DNA of 64,000 bases from Raillietiella orientalis (GCA_036172245.1 JAYWIR010000009.1:868001-932000), one strand, 5' to 3'. Shown: positions 25,801 to 40,300, counted from the stretch's first letter. Notes: generated by a model not told the origin, from the letters alone. Program-made: numbers and translations.

Positions 25801-28650
25801 AGAGGTCTCCAGGAGGTACTGCGCTTCGGGTCTGTGGCTGTCGTCGTTCGAGAGTCCGTGTGTTGGGGTGAGGGAGGGACCTGCCAGAACCGCACCCGCT
25901 GCGCTTGTTCGCCGGCGACTGCACAGGTGCAAACGCGGGCGCTCGTCGCCGCCTCCCGGCGGCATGCAGGACAAAGGAGGACGAGAGGGGCGCCCACTTA
26001 AGGCCCTCAGAAGCGATGGGGCCGCCTTGGCGCTCGCGCATGGCCCACAGATGGGATTCCCTGGAAATCAGTGATGGCCCTCGCTGTGAGCAGGAAGTTG
26101 ACCGCCTCAAGGAGCAGGCGGGGACTGTGGGCGAGCGCTCGGAGCTGGACCGCAGAAGCGGTGGACACCCGCCATTTTCTCTTTCGTCAGTTTCCACGGC
26201 AACTCAATCCCCCCCCCCCCCCCCCCCAAGAGGAACATCTGCTGCGCCTTCACGGAACTCGCAGGAAAAAGACCCTTCCTGGGGGAGAGGAAGAGGAACG
26301 AAAGGCTAGAGGGTCAGCCCAGCTCCTGACCTTGCTCCAAGGGCCGGCATAACGTCCTTTCTCCCAGGACTCGGGAAGAGGTAAGCAGAACAATGGGCAA
26401 AAGCTTCCGGGAAAGCAGGAAGATGGGGGGGGGGGGTGCACACTGCCCCGATGTCAGAAGTCATCATTCCTCCCCCTCCACTCTCACACGGGAGCTGCGA
26501 CCGAACCACTCTCGGACGAAAGAAAACGCTTCCGTGAGAGAGGAGGAAGACATGTCAGTTTTTTTCCCTCCCTTACAGCGGATCTCGGCGCGGAGATCCA
26601 CTTCTCCACTCGTTTCCAGTCACCTCCCTCCCTGGTGGCCTGGAAACGGACAGGGATGCTTAGTTCCCGCGCGGGAATCTCTGGTAGTCAAGAACATTTT
26701 TCCGATGGTACGGCAGCATCCAGGAGCGATCTGACGGGATTGGGCGAAGCGATCCTGGCTTCCGGGGACGGGCACCGCCATTGCCCGGTTTCCCAAGGTG
26801 GTGCTGGTGACTCCGGCTATTGTCTTCAGAAGGTCCACCATCTTCAGAAAAAGCGTTCCATGTTTGCTTGCCCGCCATTTGCCTGCAGTCCTGGAGAGGG
26901 GGAAGAGCCCCTTGTCGCTCTGCCCTGCTCCCGACCTTTAACGAGCGACTGAGCGGCGGAGAATCGCGTAGGGGCAGGGGTCGTCGTTCGTGGTGGCGGA
27001 CGGCGAGGAGTGGGAAGCAAGGCCTTAGAACCCTTTGGTGCCATCTTCCTCCATCCCTCTTGTGATGCGGTCTCCGCCGACTAGGGCGCGCGCTTCTCCG
27101 GCGGTGAAACGTAGCAGGTCTCGTCGAGGTCATCTCGTCCTGCTCCTTCCTCTCCTCCAAGCATCGCTCTCGAGCGGTTTCTGAAGAAAGCGGGCTTAGC
27201 CTGCATTTTCCCTCTTTTCCCTCTGACCCGCCCACAGACAGGAGGGATGGGCCGAACCTTGGAGTGTTCCAACCGCCGTGAGACTTCTGTATGCCTCCAG
27301 AACGTCCCTGATTTTGCACCCGCTCTCGTCCACCTTTCCTGGGAATTTCCGCTCTACATTGCCACTCGCGCCGGGCAGGGAAGCGCCCCTAATCGGTCCT
27401 ACTCGTTTTTGTCTTCCGGAAAGGAAGGAGGTCAAGGGATGTTCGCTGCTCTCCCTTGTTTCGAGCCGTTCCCAGATGAGCCCGTCTCCTTTTGGCGAAG
27501 GAGTAGGAGCCATAAGTGCTCAGAAGAGACGTCAACACCGAACGCCTCTGTTCCGCCACCCCTGCGATCCCACACGGCGGGCAAGACCAGAGGGAACGCT
27601 CTGTTTGCAGGAGCAGCGCGTTGTCTCCTCAGTGGTGGACGCGGGTAACAGCAGCATGAAGGTTTCCCACCTCCTATCAGTTCTCAATACAACACTTCAA
27701 ACCTAACATTTCGAGAGGCACGAAACTCAATTCATTCTGTGCGATTTCAACATGGCCTGCCCCTTCTTTTTGCTTCCATCCCACCCTACGAGGAATGGTG
27801 TAAGACTGATAGCCTCGTGTGGAAAGCACTGGGACACCGCAAGGACTGGCACTGGGACACACTGCTCTAAGAACTGTTTTCTATATGGAGGATCGCCGGA
27901 TCTGCATTCATCCTGACGTTAAAGATAGAGCTGCAGCGTCATTTCAGGATCATGGTCTTGATAGAAACTTGGATGCAGCATTGGTACCTGCTTTCAAGCA
28001 GGATCCTGAGGCATGTGGTCGGTTGCGAGGAAATGGGGTCCTTGTCACTCACAAGCAAGACCAGATGAGGTCAACTGGGTCCCAGGTAGACCATTCTCAC
28101 AGGAAGACCACCTCCCTGTGAGAATATCAATGCATCTCCTGTCTCCCCGGAAAACACAACACATGGCAGCAGGAGGACCAATGCTACCATGACTGGTCCT
28201 GTCAATAACCTGAGCCACTTCTACCCCCCCCCTATCTGCAGCGTTGTCCTCAGTGGGAGAGAAATGGCAGTTGCCAACAGGCAGGGTGCTACATAGGAAG
28301 AGGAATGAGGCTTCTAAGGGATTGGTCAACAGACCAGCTGGCTGATGTGGCAATACCTATTGTCCTTCAAAAAAGGACTGCTCCACTGGGCAGAATACTC
28401 GAACATTCCCATCCTCGGATCTCGTTGTCTTCCCCCCAATCATGGACAGATCCATGCTTTACCACAGTAGGCAACTTTCAATTCTCCTTCACTTAAAAAG
28501 TATGTTTGAGTGGTACCTGATTGATCTGGTTCCTTGTTGAGATGCTTTCTGTTTTCATGTATTCCTCACTTAAAAGTTTAGAACTCTACCACTTTGGTAT
28601 TGAGATGGAGACAAACATAATTGGATCATAATTTTGATGTAATTTGTTAG

Positions 28651-28796
28651 TTTGGTTGCTACCACTCTGTCTTTCCTTCCATTAGGGAATCCAATAAGTG
28701 GATCACATATGGGCTGCTTATTATGATCTGGTGTAGTATCTGGCTCCGGAAAATAAGCATTAAGCTGAGCTCTTTTTTTTTTTTACCAAACTTGAA
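28651..28796 (-). pseudogene. NDUFB7: Partial intronless copy of NDUFB7 (exon 1 plus the first ~15 nt of exon 2)
   Basis: Aligns to 29940-30066 (homologous frame AYFPEPDTTPDHNKQPICDPLIGFPNGRKDRVVATK). It runs directly into AGCAACCAAA of exon 2 without intron 1. An A-run disrupts the 5' end and similarity stops after 28651. Confidence 0.8.
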
Positions 28797-29523
28797 TGAA
28801 GGCTCAGGCTGGTTTAACAATTTTGCAAACATCATAGAATTTACAAACATCATCTAAATTAAACTCTGGTAACTAACAGAGTTTTGCAACTGCACATGAT
28901 TTAAGTTCTGGGCACTTGGAGTCTTTTAGAGATAAGAAACAGAACTACATTTGATGATAATTAAAAAAAACTGATGACTTGTCATAAGATTTATGGAAAA
29001 CATGAAATTTCCAAAGTAATGAGACATCAGAACACTGTGTAAGAAATGTTCAAATTTACTGCTAAGCTGCAGCTGTGTGCATTAGATGTTGAGGTGATAC
29101 TGTAATTCCGACATGCATACTCGATATTTACATGGAATTCACACAAACACTTAATTTGCAAACCAGTACTGCACAATTTTCAAATCAGACAGAGGGTGAA
29201 TCCTCTTGACCATTACTTTACAGAATTTGAAATTTTCCACAATTAAGAAATGCTTTCTAGGATCCCATGAGTTTAATTTAACTGGTCTTGACTCTACAAG
29301 TGACAGAATAAATTTGTTCCAGATGAATACAGGAAGGATCCTATTGAATCAACAGGCCTACATAAACATATGAAGGTTTCTAAAGATACAATAGAAGAAA
29401 TTAATAGATTTAACAACAAAAAAAATCCAAGATTAAACGGTTGAGGGAGAAGTAATTTTTTCTACATTTAAAATTTTACTTCATTTTATAAGCTCTGATT
29501 ATACATAAGATATATATGTTACT

Positions 29524-30072
29524 CTAAATTAGTCCCTGCTCCTCAATCTCCTTCTTCTTTAGTAGCAATCTTCTTTCCCTTTCATATTCTTTCATTCGTA
29601 AAACAAAGCTAATGTGCTGTTCTTTTAGCCAGTTATCAAATAAATTACTTACTCATCATATTTGCACTTCCTAAACTCATGTAATTCTGGTTCACAAGGC
29701 CGCTTTCTTGGGAAATTCCTCTTCAGACAAGCCTTGTATCCTATGGAAGTATGAGCACAGTAGTCTCTGTTGTGTACAGCCAGCTTAGTTGACTCAATTT
29801 CTTCTTTGGTTGCTGTCATCACTATCAGCAAGAAATCACTAAACATGAGTACTTCCCAACTTTTCCCAATTTTATTCATTCATAATCACAAATGCAGATT
29901 CCTGTATTATGAAATTTTTTGTTAAAGATGATAAGATACCTCTTTCTTTCCTTCCATTAGGGAATCCAATAAATGGATCAAATATGGGCTGCGTATTATG
30001 ATCTGGTGTAGTATCTGGCTCCGAAAAATAAGCACGAAACCATGCTCTCCATTTCACCAAATTGAACATCAT
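29524..30072 (-). CDS. NDUFB7: NADH dehydrogenase (ubiquinone) 1 beta subcomplex subunit 7 (B18), 3 exons, 128 aa
   Basis: Exons 30072-29940, 29821-29653 and 29608-29524 are joined by GT-AG introns of 118 and 44 bp with matching phases. Product: MMFNLVKWRAWFRAYFSEPDTTPDHNTQPIFDPFIGFPNGRKERVMTATKEEIESTKLAVHNRDYCAHTSIGYKACLKRNFPRKRPCEPELHEFRKCKYDDFVLRMKEYERERRLLLKKKEIEEQGLI*. It has the family motifs RKERVM.AT, RDYCAH, twin CX9C and LRMKEYERERRLL. Confidence 0.95.
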
Positions 30073-33000
30073 TGGTTTCTGGAATACAATTCAATTCACG
30101 TGATACAACATACGCACATGCTGCTATGCAAATTTCTTCCAACAATACATTGTATCTATAATCCTTAATAAATTATGCGTTAAAATAACATGTTGACATT
30201 TTCCTAATTAGAGGAAACCTGATCAGATGCAGGAAGTAGCCTACACAGTCTTCTTGTTTTTTGCTTTAATACAATGTTCCAACAAACGCTGAAATAAACT
30301 GAACGAAGAACAACAGTGCTCAAATTTTCGCAAGAGTAAAGCATTTTTTTCAGCATCCATTTTTTTCATTTTTAGGTGGTTGCAGTTCACAGATGATTAC
30401 CTACAGTCACTATGGTAGTCATTATGGTTCTCTTGGTTTAGCATACATGAAGGAAAAAAAAAAAAAAAAACTAAACATGCATACAATATACACGGGAAAA
30501 TCTCTGCATCAAGCGGAGCTCTGATTCACACAGTTTCCGATTCAGATGCTTGTAAACCAAACACCGAACCCTCCACGAATTGGTCAGATCCATTCTTTTT
30601 GGATGCTCTGCGAATGCTTTTGATCAACGTACTTTGTTTTTGCTAACATCGAGATGCACATGTGCGACGCCCACTTTTTTTCCAAATCTTCCTGGTCTCT
30701 CACAATGAACTCTCACGGCGACCCAGGATAACGACCAGACGGATTGACCTCCAACTTTAAAGGCCTACACTCCCTCACACCGACACCGAGGAACTCCGAT
30801 GCTGATGCAGCGACTGAAACGTACTTCCCAGCTTCCTTCTGATGTGCAAAGGTCACCGCCTGCCTTTGCTCTCGGGTCACGGCTTCACGTAAACACGCGT
30901 GGACATGACCGACGCACCCCTCGCAAAGCCTCCGTTTGTCGACACCTCGCCTTGGCCAGCGGCAGGACCCACGGTGGGGACACGCTTGCCAGGGCCCAGA
31001 GGGTGTTTCCTGGAGTGGCATCGGAACTGTTTGCCTAGAGTTCACAAGAATGTGTAGGAAATCCTCCTCTAAAGTCTACCTGTGCCGAATTTCATTTTCA
31101 CGAAATGTGAAAGCGGCCGATTCCTGCGATTGATAATTGGGTTGTACGAACTTCAATAGATTGTCTGCCCATCGGGATGGATGGTTCAGGACCATGATCT
31201 TTGGATTCTGCTCCTTTGGAGATTACAACTTTTTCTCGGAACAACCCAATCGTTTCAAAGTTCCTCCATAACGCTCTCATGGGAACGTTATTTGCATCCT
31301 TCAAAATACTGGAAGCATCTGTTCATCTTAACAGTGGAACCAACTCTTGTACTGACTTGCATTCTTAAGTAGAATGCTTGCTTATCCAGAAAGAAGACCA
31401 GACGGTTTTCTTGGGACATAAAGTGACTGGAATGAATGAATGTACACTGCAAGCAGTCAGTCGGTGCCCGGAGTGTTAAGCCCAGTTGTGCCTCAAAATG
31501 CAACATGTTCCACGATAGGAGACTTTCTCGTCAATTTGGGGTCATTCTTTTCCAGGTGAAATTGAATTTTGAACGCCTGACCCACTTTTTGCTCAGACTT
31601 CATCGTATCCTATCCGTGCGACTCGTTGTGCACAGTTTGTACGGTCTACTCCTCTAAGATAGAAAACAATCGTAGTGTTGCAACAGCATGAAGAGATTGT
31701 GTACAGATTCCCTGGAGTGAACGAAGATGCTGGTGAATTTCAGAAATTCCACGAGACGAGGAAGAAAACAAACGTTCAAAGTTCACTCAAAGACGTTCCA
31801 TACCTCTCAAGTTTTCCACCCACAAAAGAATTTTCCACAAAAGAATGCGTTTGCGAATGTTCTAAAATCAGTTAAAGATACTGCAAAAGGTGTTTGAGAC
31901 TAACTCGATTTAGGAAGATGCACTACGCAAAAAATGGTTTCAGACTCATTTTCGTTTGGGGAGTCGGGAAGTAGGAGAAGAACTCTATCCTTTCAGATCA
32001 TCTCATGGATGGTTTCTCAGAGCCATCTCACAACTCCTTTGTACGTAAGTACGTACAAAAATCAGAACTTGAGGCATCCCTGACCGCCGCCCACCATCTT
32101 CCATGCTTAAGACGCAGTTGCTGATGGATTGCTCTGTTCCCCCTTTTCCAATTCCGATTTAACCCATTCGCAAACGGACGAATTAAGCCGGAAGATTACT
32201 CGAGAGATGCATCCATCTTCGCTATTTTCTCTGCGTCGAGAAACTAGGGAATCCAGGAACTGTACACAGCTGAGCAGAACATTCCATTTGCTAGCGTCTA
32301 GCTGTTTCATCTCTCAGGTCACTGAGGTTCGATATCCACAATCACAAGAATACGGATCGTGAGCACTTTTGAACTGATAGTTTAACCTAATGAATTTGAG
32401 GATTTGAATGCTCAACGAAAAGCACAGCAAGGAACAAAAGAACGAAATTGTCTGTTAGAGCTGAAGATGCTCATCGCTCAAGAAATACTCCCATTCAATC
32501 CATTCTTTTAAGTGCTTATCAGTGGATTCTGCATGCAAATAGTCACGGATTTCGAGTTTCCAGATCTGATAAATGAAATTGATGGTGTGAGGTCATTTGA
32601 AGTCTGATGGCGTTTTCCCTAAATCCTGATCAAGAGGATTTGTTGGTACAAATCACCAAGATTTGGTACTCGGGGTGCATCGTATCACCACAACACAGCA
32701 AGAGCCATGCATGTTGACCAACACATTTATGCCTCTATGGGCCAGAAGGCAATTTTCAGCATGAAGTATAATGGTGTTTGGGCTCTTAGTTTTCCGGGTC
32801 AAATTCAGTGCGATGATGAGCCGACGAGGACCACGCTCACGTGAAGCTCACCCTAGCTCCCAAGAGTTGGTTTCGAAACGTCGCATTATGGATGGGTTTC
32901 TCCGTTCAGCTTTTGTAAAAGGGCATGGAAACAACCTTGTTTGATTATTGCCTTGCGGCAGCCAAGTCGGATAACTTTCGAATTTTCCTAAGGAAAATAA

Positions 33001-34381
33001 TTTATTCTTCCACGTGATTATGGGATAACATCGTGGCATTACCCTTTCGAATCATCCCTTGGGTGGTTTCTCGAAGCCGTCTCTCGCAACGTGAGCACTT
33101 ACAAAAATCGGAACCCGAGGGCATTCTTCCCCGCGTTTACCATCCTTCCAGGCGCCAGGTGCAGCTGCTGATGGCCTGCTCCATTCCTCCTAACCTCTCG
33201 CCATTCCCTGCGTATCGAGAAACCGCAAAAAACCATGGCAACGATGCACAGAGTTGGGCGAAACGAAGTTGGCCGGCGGGCATTTTAAGCATCGGGTCGT
33301 CGTCCCAAATGACCAAACAACCGCAGGTTTTTCCGCCCCTCCATCCCAAGTCCTCATCATACGACTCCTCATCATCGTTTCCAGAAAATGGCTTGGAACT
33401 TCTTCCCTGCCAACTTTTTCATCCGTATTTGCCACCTCTGTTGCACGTGCCTGCTCGATTCACCCTGCCCTGCATGCATAAAATCCGATAAAATATTTTG
33501 TCAAGTAGAATAATTTATTGGCCACAGATCGGCATGTTCTTCCATGCCGGACAAGCGTACGGTGCAGGGGAAATCCGGGAGGGGGACGATCCGGGTCCAC
33601 GAACTCTTAACCCATGGATCCAAATACCTCGGCCGCCTTGCATCTGGCAGATGGATGGAGTGCAGCACTGCATACTTTCCAGGGTACTTCAAAATCCGAC
33701 ACTGGCCCAAGGCTGCTGTACCCCCATTTTCTCCCAGCTCGGTGAACATTGATCCCGAAACTGTACTTGAACAGCAATGAATCGAAACGGTCACAAAAAA
33801 TGACCATTCCTCCGAAATAGATACAAACTTCTGTGTCCAGCCCTCTGCCACCACGACGCTTGGAAAACCACATAAAGGGATGGAAGAAGGAACAAACAAA
33901 CGAAAACGGGATTCGGCCACGACGGTTTCGAACGAAGACGATGTCATAAGATGTGACGAAAACGTCTGAACAACAGGAATCAAATTCCTGAGGAAAGTTA
34001 CCATTTACTGAACCAGTGGATACGCTTCACATTACAAAGCTTTATTGTTGCTCACATATCACAATGTACTTATTCAAAGAAAAATTTCAAATTCCACCCA
34101 AATCAAAAAGTCTAAACTTTTATTCTAAGATAAGGAAAAGGTACTCAAAGGATTTTTGCATTGCATGATTCATATGAAAAACGTAAACTGTAGCTCGGCC
34201 ACACTTTTTCCCTTGCGAATACCCGATAACAAGACTACTACATCAATCAAATCAGATCCAATTTTGAAATCGACTAGATAATACCAACTAAAGCTATGGA
34301 AGACATCTCATCTAGCTAAGCTTCATACAGCAGTCAATTTTCTTGAGTGACTAGTATAGATTTTTCAAAAATTGTAGTTCA

Positions 34382-37300
34382 TCAAGTTGCAGAAAACCCA
34401 TATACTTCCATTACTTGTACTTCAAAGTCTTTGTTTCTACATAATGGCGGGTTCTCAAAGGTTTGACACCATTCTGACTTTCCATATTGAAGGTCGGCAT
34501 TAATCCATATGGACTGACCTTTCCTATTATGACAACATGACAACAGGAAAACCAACACATATCTTACCCCCCGCCTATCGTAATCATGTGAAGGTCGCCA
34601 GCCATGAAGAGCTCAGCAGAGTGGTCAACTGGTATTTCTTTTTCCGTTCCTACCCATTTGTAATGTTTTTCAGTAGGATACAAAGTAAAGACAAAAGTCT
34701 CTCCAGTGCCAAAATACGTTTTTTTCATTCCTGATTGTGTTTTGGCGTTTCTCTCTTTCCAACAGGTAGAGCAATAGGCCCCAAATACCTAAGGGCACAT
34801 ACTTCATAAAGAACACGTTTCCAACAGTTTAGTGTACCTCCCCAGTATTAGCCTTAATGACCAGAATAGTGGGTTCGAAATTTTCTACTCGTTTATAAAA
34901 GGTCATCAAACTGCAGCCATGCTCTTCCGATGTGTACAGCATGATAGGTTGGTACATTGTCATTCGGGACGGTATCCAGCTCCAAACTGTCAAAAGCTGA
35001 AACGTAATTGAATGCATGTTGCTCCTATTCTTTGAAGACATGCACCACACAATAACATGCTTTGCAAATAAAATAGAAACACTGGCAACAAGACAAAATA
35101 ATGAAAAAGCTAGAAATAATAAATGACATAATCGAAACTAATTCAACCAACGAACGATTTCCTTATTTTACCTTCCCAGAGGATAGGGAACACTTGAAAT
35201 TACTGAACAAATTATCCAAGGATATGGTGTGACGAGCACGAGAGTTTGTTCCCTGTAATACAAACCAAAAACAGGTGTCGATAAACAAAGACATCTAAGT
35301 TCATACTCCGCTGTTAATAGCAGGAAGCGAAACAAATTACAATACAGACACTCTTGAATATGTAACAGGGAAGCGAATGCACAGTGGCACACAAGTTGCA
35401 GAAAAGTTCCATTTTTTTCTGCAGCACAATTTGAAACAATGCCATGATAACTGATAAAAATTGGAAGGCACACTTTTATCATATTTTTTTTTTTTAAGAA
35501 ACACATGAGAAATTTATTAAAAACTTCATGATAAACAACAGACATTATACACTATTTGGATTTGGATCATTTAAGTTTATTATAGAAAGCAAATTACCTC
35601 TTCTACAGAAAGAGAATGGGAGGTTGCTTCTATGTAGGTCTGAGACTGGCTAACTGGCAATAATGCTTCAGACGATTTACTTCTTGGTATGCATTTGCCT
35701 GCTGTATGTAAGCTTGATTTCACTTGGTTCTCATAATGCAGTAGTAATTTTGTAATGCCACTATGTTTGAAATTCCGAATTCGGAATGCCACCTTTAGTA
35801 AACATTCCTGAGAGATGTGGAAGGTCTAATGACAAAAAGAAAAAAAAATATGAACAATAGTTTTCAAAGTAATTGGTCTGATGAAGCTATGAAATCAATA
35901 AAAGCTACAAGCAAATTTTTTAGTGTCAATAATCATGAAAACTGTTAATCATAATAAATGAGATTCTGCTTTTCATTAAAGTAAAGGAAAACTTTAAAAC
36001 TACAAAATCACAAAATTTTGTTCATTATTAAGAAATAGATTAGTGTACAAAGACTTACGAAAATAAAACAAGGAAGTGAGACAAAACCTTGAAGGAAAAC
36101 CTAGCAGAAAATGATATTGAAAGTGAGTACATATCTGAAAGTAGAGCAAGTTACATAAGATTTGCAATGTAAAAAAACAAAAACAATAATATTAAAGTGC
36201 AAAATGATGACAAGTGTTGTAATCAGCTGTGTGAAATTAATTCATATAATCAAGAAATATTTTATTCTCTGAAACCAACAACAATGCACTTAATAATTAA
36301 CACATTGCACTGTAATTTCAAAACTTAAAAATTAAGAAATCAATGAAGGAATTATATGAAACAAATGAAGCTTCTGTTATTATTTTCGGTAGAACTGGTG
36401 ACATCATATTTCAAAATAACGATATTCTCATAAGAATAGCCATAGCAATCACAGAAAGTTAAAAGAATGACAATGACAACCTCCTAGAAGTTTTCACTTG
36501 GATCATACCATTAAATAACTCAATTTTTTTTAGCAATTAAGCTTCAAAGTCCCCTAGGGCACAAATCGATAAGTTACTACCATTAAATTGGTGATAAACT
36601 TTAAATAGTTGTAAGAGGAAAAAAAACAGCAAATTCAATCAAGGCAGCATTTCTTTAAGGTACACAAACATACATATACAAATATTCCAAACAGAGATAA
36701 AATTGTTTACTTGAAACGTAGAAATTATGATAACACTTTTTCCAAATCCTAGTAGAAAAATCTAGGTGCAAATCTACATACCATCTATGCATACTACTAA
36801 AATTACTAAACACTATTAAGATGTGTATGCACATGTACCCATAACTGAAACGTAATCTATGTTTGGATTACATGTCTGTATGTTTGCCATTCTCTTCATC
36901 AAATAACAAGAGGGGCAATGAAACAATTTCTGAAAATTAAAATGATTTTCAGTTGCTGGAATTCAAATGTTTTGCTTTCTTTCAATTATTGCAAGCCAAC
37001 TTTGAGAAAACTATATTTCAAATTCGCTATAAAAATGTTGAATGTAGACAAAATGTTAAAGCAGATAAAAACTCTAGCTGCAATACAAACATCTATGGCA
37101 TAACTCTTCAGCAAACCTCCATATTCACTTCAAAGTGGCATGCTAACATGGCCAAAAGCAAAAACTGTTTAAAATTCTGGTAAAGCCCTCAAATTCGTCT
37201 AGTAGTAAGACATTCTTCTACAACAAATACATTTTTCTTTATGATTTAAATGTGGGTTCCTGAAGCATAACGATAACACTAGGACACAAAAAATGCAATC

Positions 37301-40300
37301 GAAATGCAGATTTGATTTTCAGATAAGCATAATTTCCAGTTTCGAACATGGAGAAGAAAACTGGAGTTTCTAAGAATAAGAAATAATGGGAAGTCAAATA
37401 AATAATTCTGATGAAAAAAATTAGAGATGCAGCTAACAAATAACTAACTGCAATATCCTATTTATAATACATTTGTCCAAGCAAACCATTATCGCACTCA
37501 TGGAAAGCAAGAAACAAACCTTAATTATGATATACATGCGGAATTTTTACATCAAAAGCAATGCAGGGTACAAAACAAGCTCAATAATGTGTTTCCAAAC
37601 CCAATACATACTGCTATTTCTTCACAAAATTTTAAAAAAGCTGCTTTGATTCCAATTTTATTGACATCTTGGTTAATAGTAGCACTTGTATCAACAGCAC
37701 TTTTATGAAACAACATAAGCATCGCAATTGCAATCCTGTATAAAACTTTATGTCCTTCAAATAGGTAGCAATCCATTATCTTAATCTGGAAAACACGAAA
37801 ATCACCACATTTTCTTCTGAGAAATTACAAGGATAGATTGTGTAGATTACGTACTTGAAAAATTATTACATAACAAATGTCATAGTTCACTAGACATTGC
37901 AAAAATCAAACACAATGAAGCAATTTATTTGGTTACTGATGGTTATTATATCCTAATTTATGGGTGAAACAATGCTTCTTATTACATGAGTTACTACACA
38001 GTAGAATCTAAGAAACATCAAGATAAAACAAAAATCACAGGAAAGCAAGAGCCAGGATTAAAATTGCTGTCATGTTTAAAATTAAATGCAAGAGATGTAA
38101 ACAAATCAAAGAGAAAAAAAGGGATCTCGAATTCATGGAAAAACAAAGATAAAAAAGATGAAGCAGATAGAAACAGAACTGATTTGTACTTTGGATTGGA
38201 TTGGTTTTGATACAATAGTATTATTCATTAAATGGTATGATATTCATTCAAGCATGCATTCAAAAATTTCAAATAATGTCAAAAAATACCAAAATAGTTG
38301 AACTGAATATATCTAAAAGTTGGAGGACTAAGTGAATACTAATCATGCTACAAACTTATATTACAAATACATGCTGCACCAAGAATACAACTAATATAAA
38401 TTTCCAATTCTTGAAAAACAATTTTGCATGAAGTATTCATTCACAACATTTCTATGAAATGCTCACCAGCTAAAAAGTTGAACTAAACATACGTGGACAG
38501 TAACAGAAAAAAAAAAAAAAATGGAAAAGTCTGTTTCATTTACAAAATGCAAGTAGATGGAACAAATGTGTTTGTATAACACCAACTCCTGATGAAAATG
38601 AAATCGAAAGCTATATATTGAGCATCAATTACAACATGGAAGAGAAACATTCACTGTATTATTGCTGCATCACGGTCATACTCCTCAAAGTGCACAGTAC
38701 TGACAAGAGCACACTGGAATTAGATCTAGGGAAAAATTTAAAATTCTTGCACAAAAATTTCTTTTATCATTCAGCAATTTTGAAACTGAATTGCATTTTG
38801 AAATGCCGACCTTCCATATGCTGAAGAGAGAGAAAAAAGAAAAATTATGATTTTTGCATTTAACCAGAAACATGAGCAAAAAGTCAAGTGCTCTATGTAA
38901 TCTACTCATTTAATGATTATCAAATGGGATTGGGATTTTTATTTGGAAGAAATAATCAACACCGCCTTTCATGGTTGAATCATGTGCAAATGAAAAGTGC
39001 TCAATACCTGTGAATTCCAAAATCCAAAATCAACAAAGAAAAACACATGATTACAAAATTCATACAGAAACAATCATACAGAAATTCACTCAAAATGTTC
39101 AATGTGCAGAATCAATATCTCACATTAATAAAATTTACACCAGCAACATTTCAGCACATATGATCAAATAATTTAGCAGGACCTCTATGTATTCTGAAAC
39201 AAGTTGCTTGTTCCAGAAAAGGATCTGATGGAAAGGTTACAATGGCTTATTTACTCTGTGACATTATAGGCATAAATGACATCAACAGGCTTTGAAATAT
39301 AAAATTTGGAATATTGAACCTTAGAAATGTTCAAAACCATAATAAACAAGAAGCAAAAATTATGAACATATTATATAACTGCTGCAAAACTGAAAGTAAT
39401 CTACACCAATTTTGGTGCAGATAGCATCAATCTATGCCAAATACAGGGATGAATGCGCAACACTTGCCAACATCTTTGCAAGGTTAGCAAACAACAAAAA
39501 GCCCAACTATTTTTAAAGGTAAAAAAATAGAAAAAAAAAACCCAGTGATATTATAATAAATCTCAAACCAACACACATACAGAATGGTTTTACATCTCCA
39601 CATGTTTATATATGAAGTCCCATTATAAATTAGTTAAACTTTGCTGAATAAGCAATTTGCAGTGAAGGTTCTTACTGCATAAATGAAAGTACAATAAGCA
39701 ACAATGCTGCAATTCTGAAAACAATGGAATGCTACAAAGCATTCATACCAAGTAATTACAGAGGTTTTATGGTTGAGTGTTGATATGTTATTATGAGCAT
39801 ACAATAAGAAAATCAAAAATTACCAAATATTGAAGAGGCAAGTGCTTGAAAATCCAAAATAACCAGTCTTCATAAAAACATTCTGTTGTGTCTGGTGTTT
39901 TGAAGTTAGACTGAATGTAAGCTGCACTGTGCTTCTGAAATAATTAGTTTCACTTCATGAAGTATTGCAATTATGCCTGGTGTAAATACATAACAATTAG
40001 CTGCTTTCTTTTTGTAATATGCATAATAATTGAAAGATCAATAATCCAATTAAATGTTATTCTGAAGAAATAAATTTCCATTAATGCATACTAATATGCA
40101 GATATCCATTAAAAAAGCAAATTACCGCATATCTTTTGGACAGTGCATAGAATGTTCTCCAACAGCTTTCATGGAGCAATTTTGTTTGCATCATGTACTT
40201 TTTTGACTTGTTGATAATCATATTTGAAATACAGTTGAATGTATTCTCTTCTAAAGAACCAGCAGCCCACGCTACAAATCATGATGTGCAGAAATGCCTG

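Noticed and set aside
24900..28480. Further retroelement ORF1/endonuclease remnants (e.g. IMVLIETW near 27950; Cys-rich stretch near 25900)
   Set aside because: Similarity is too weak to call a family by eye; left unannotated.
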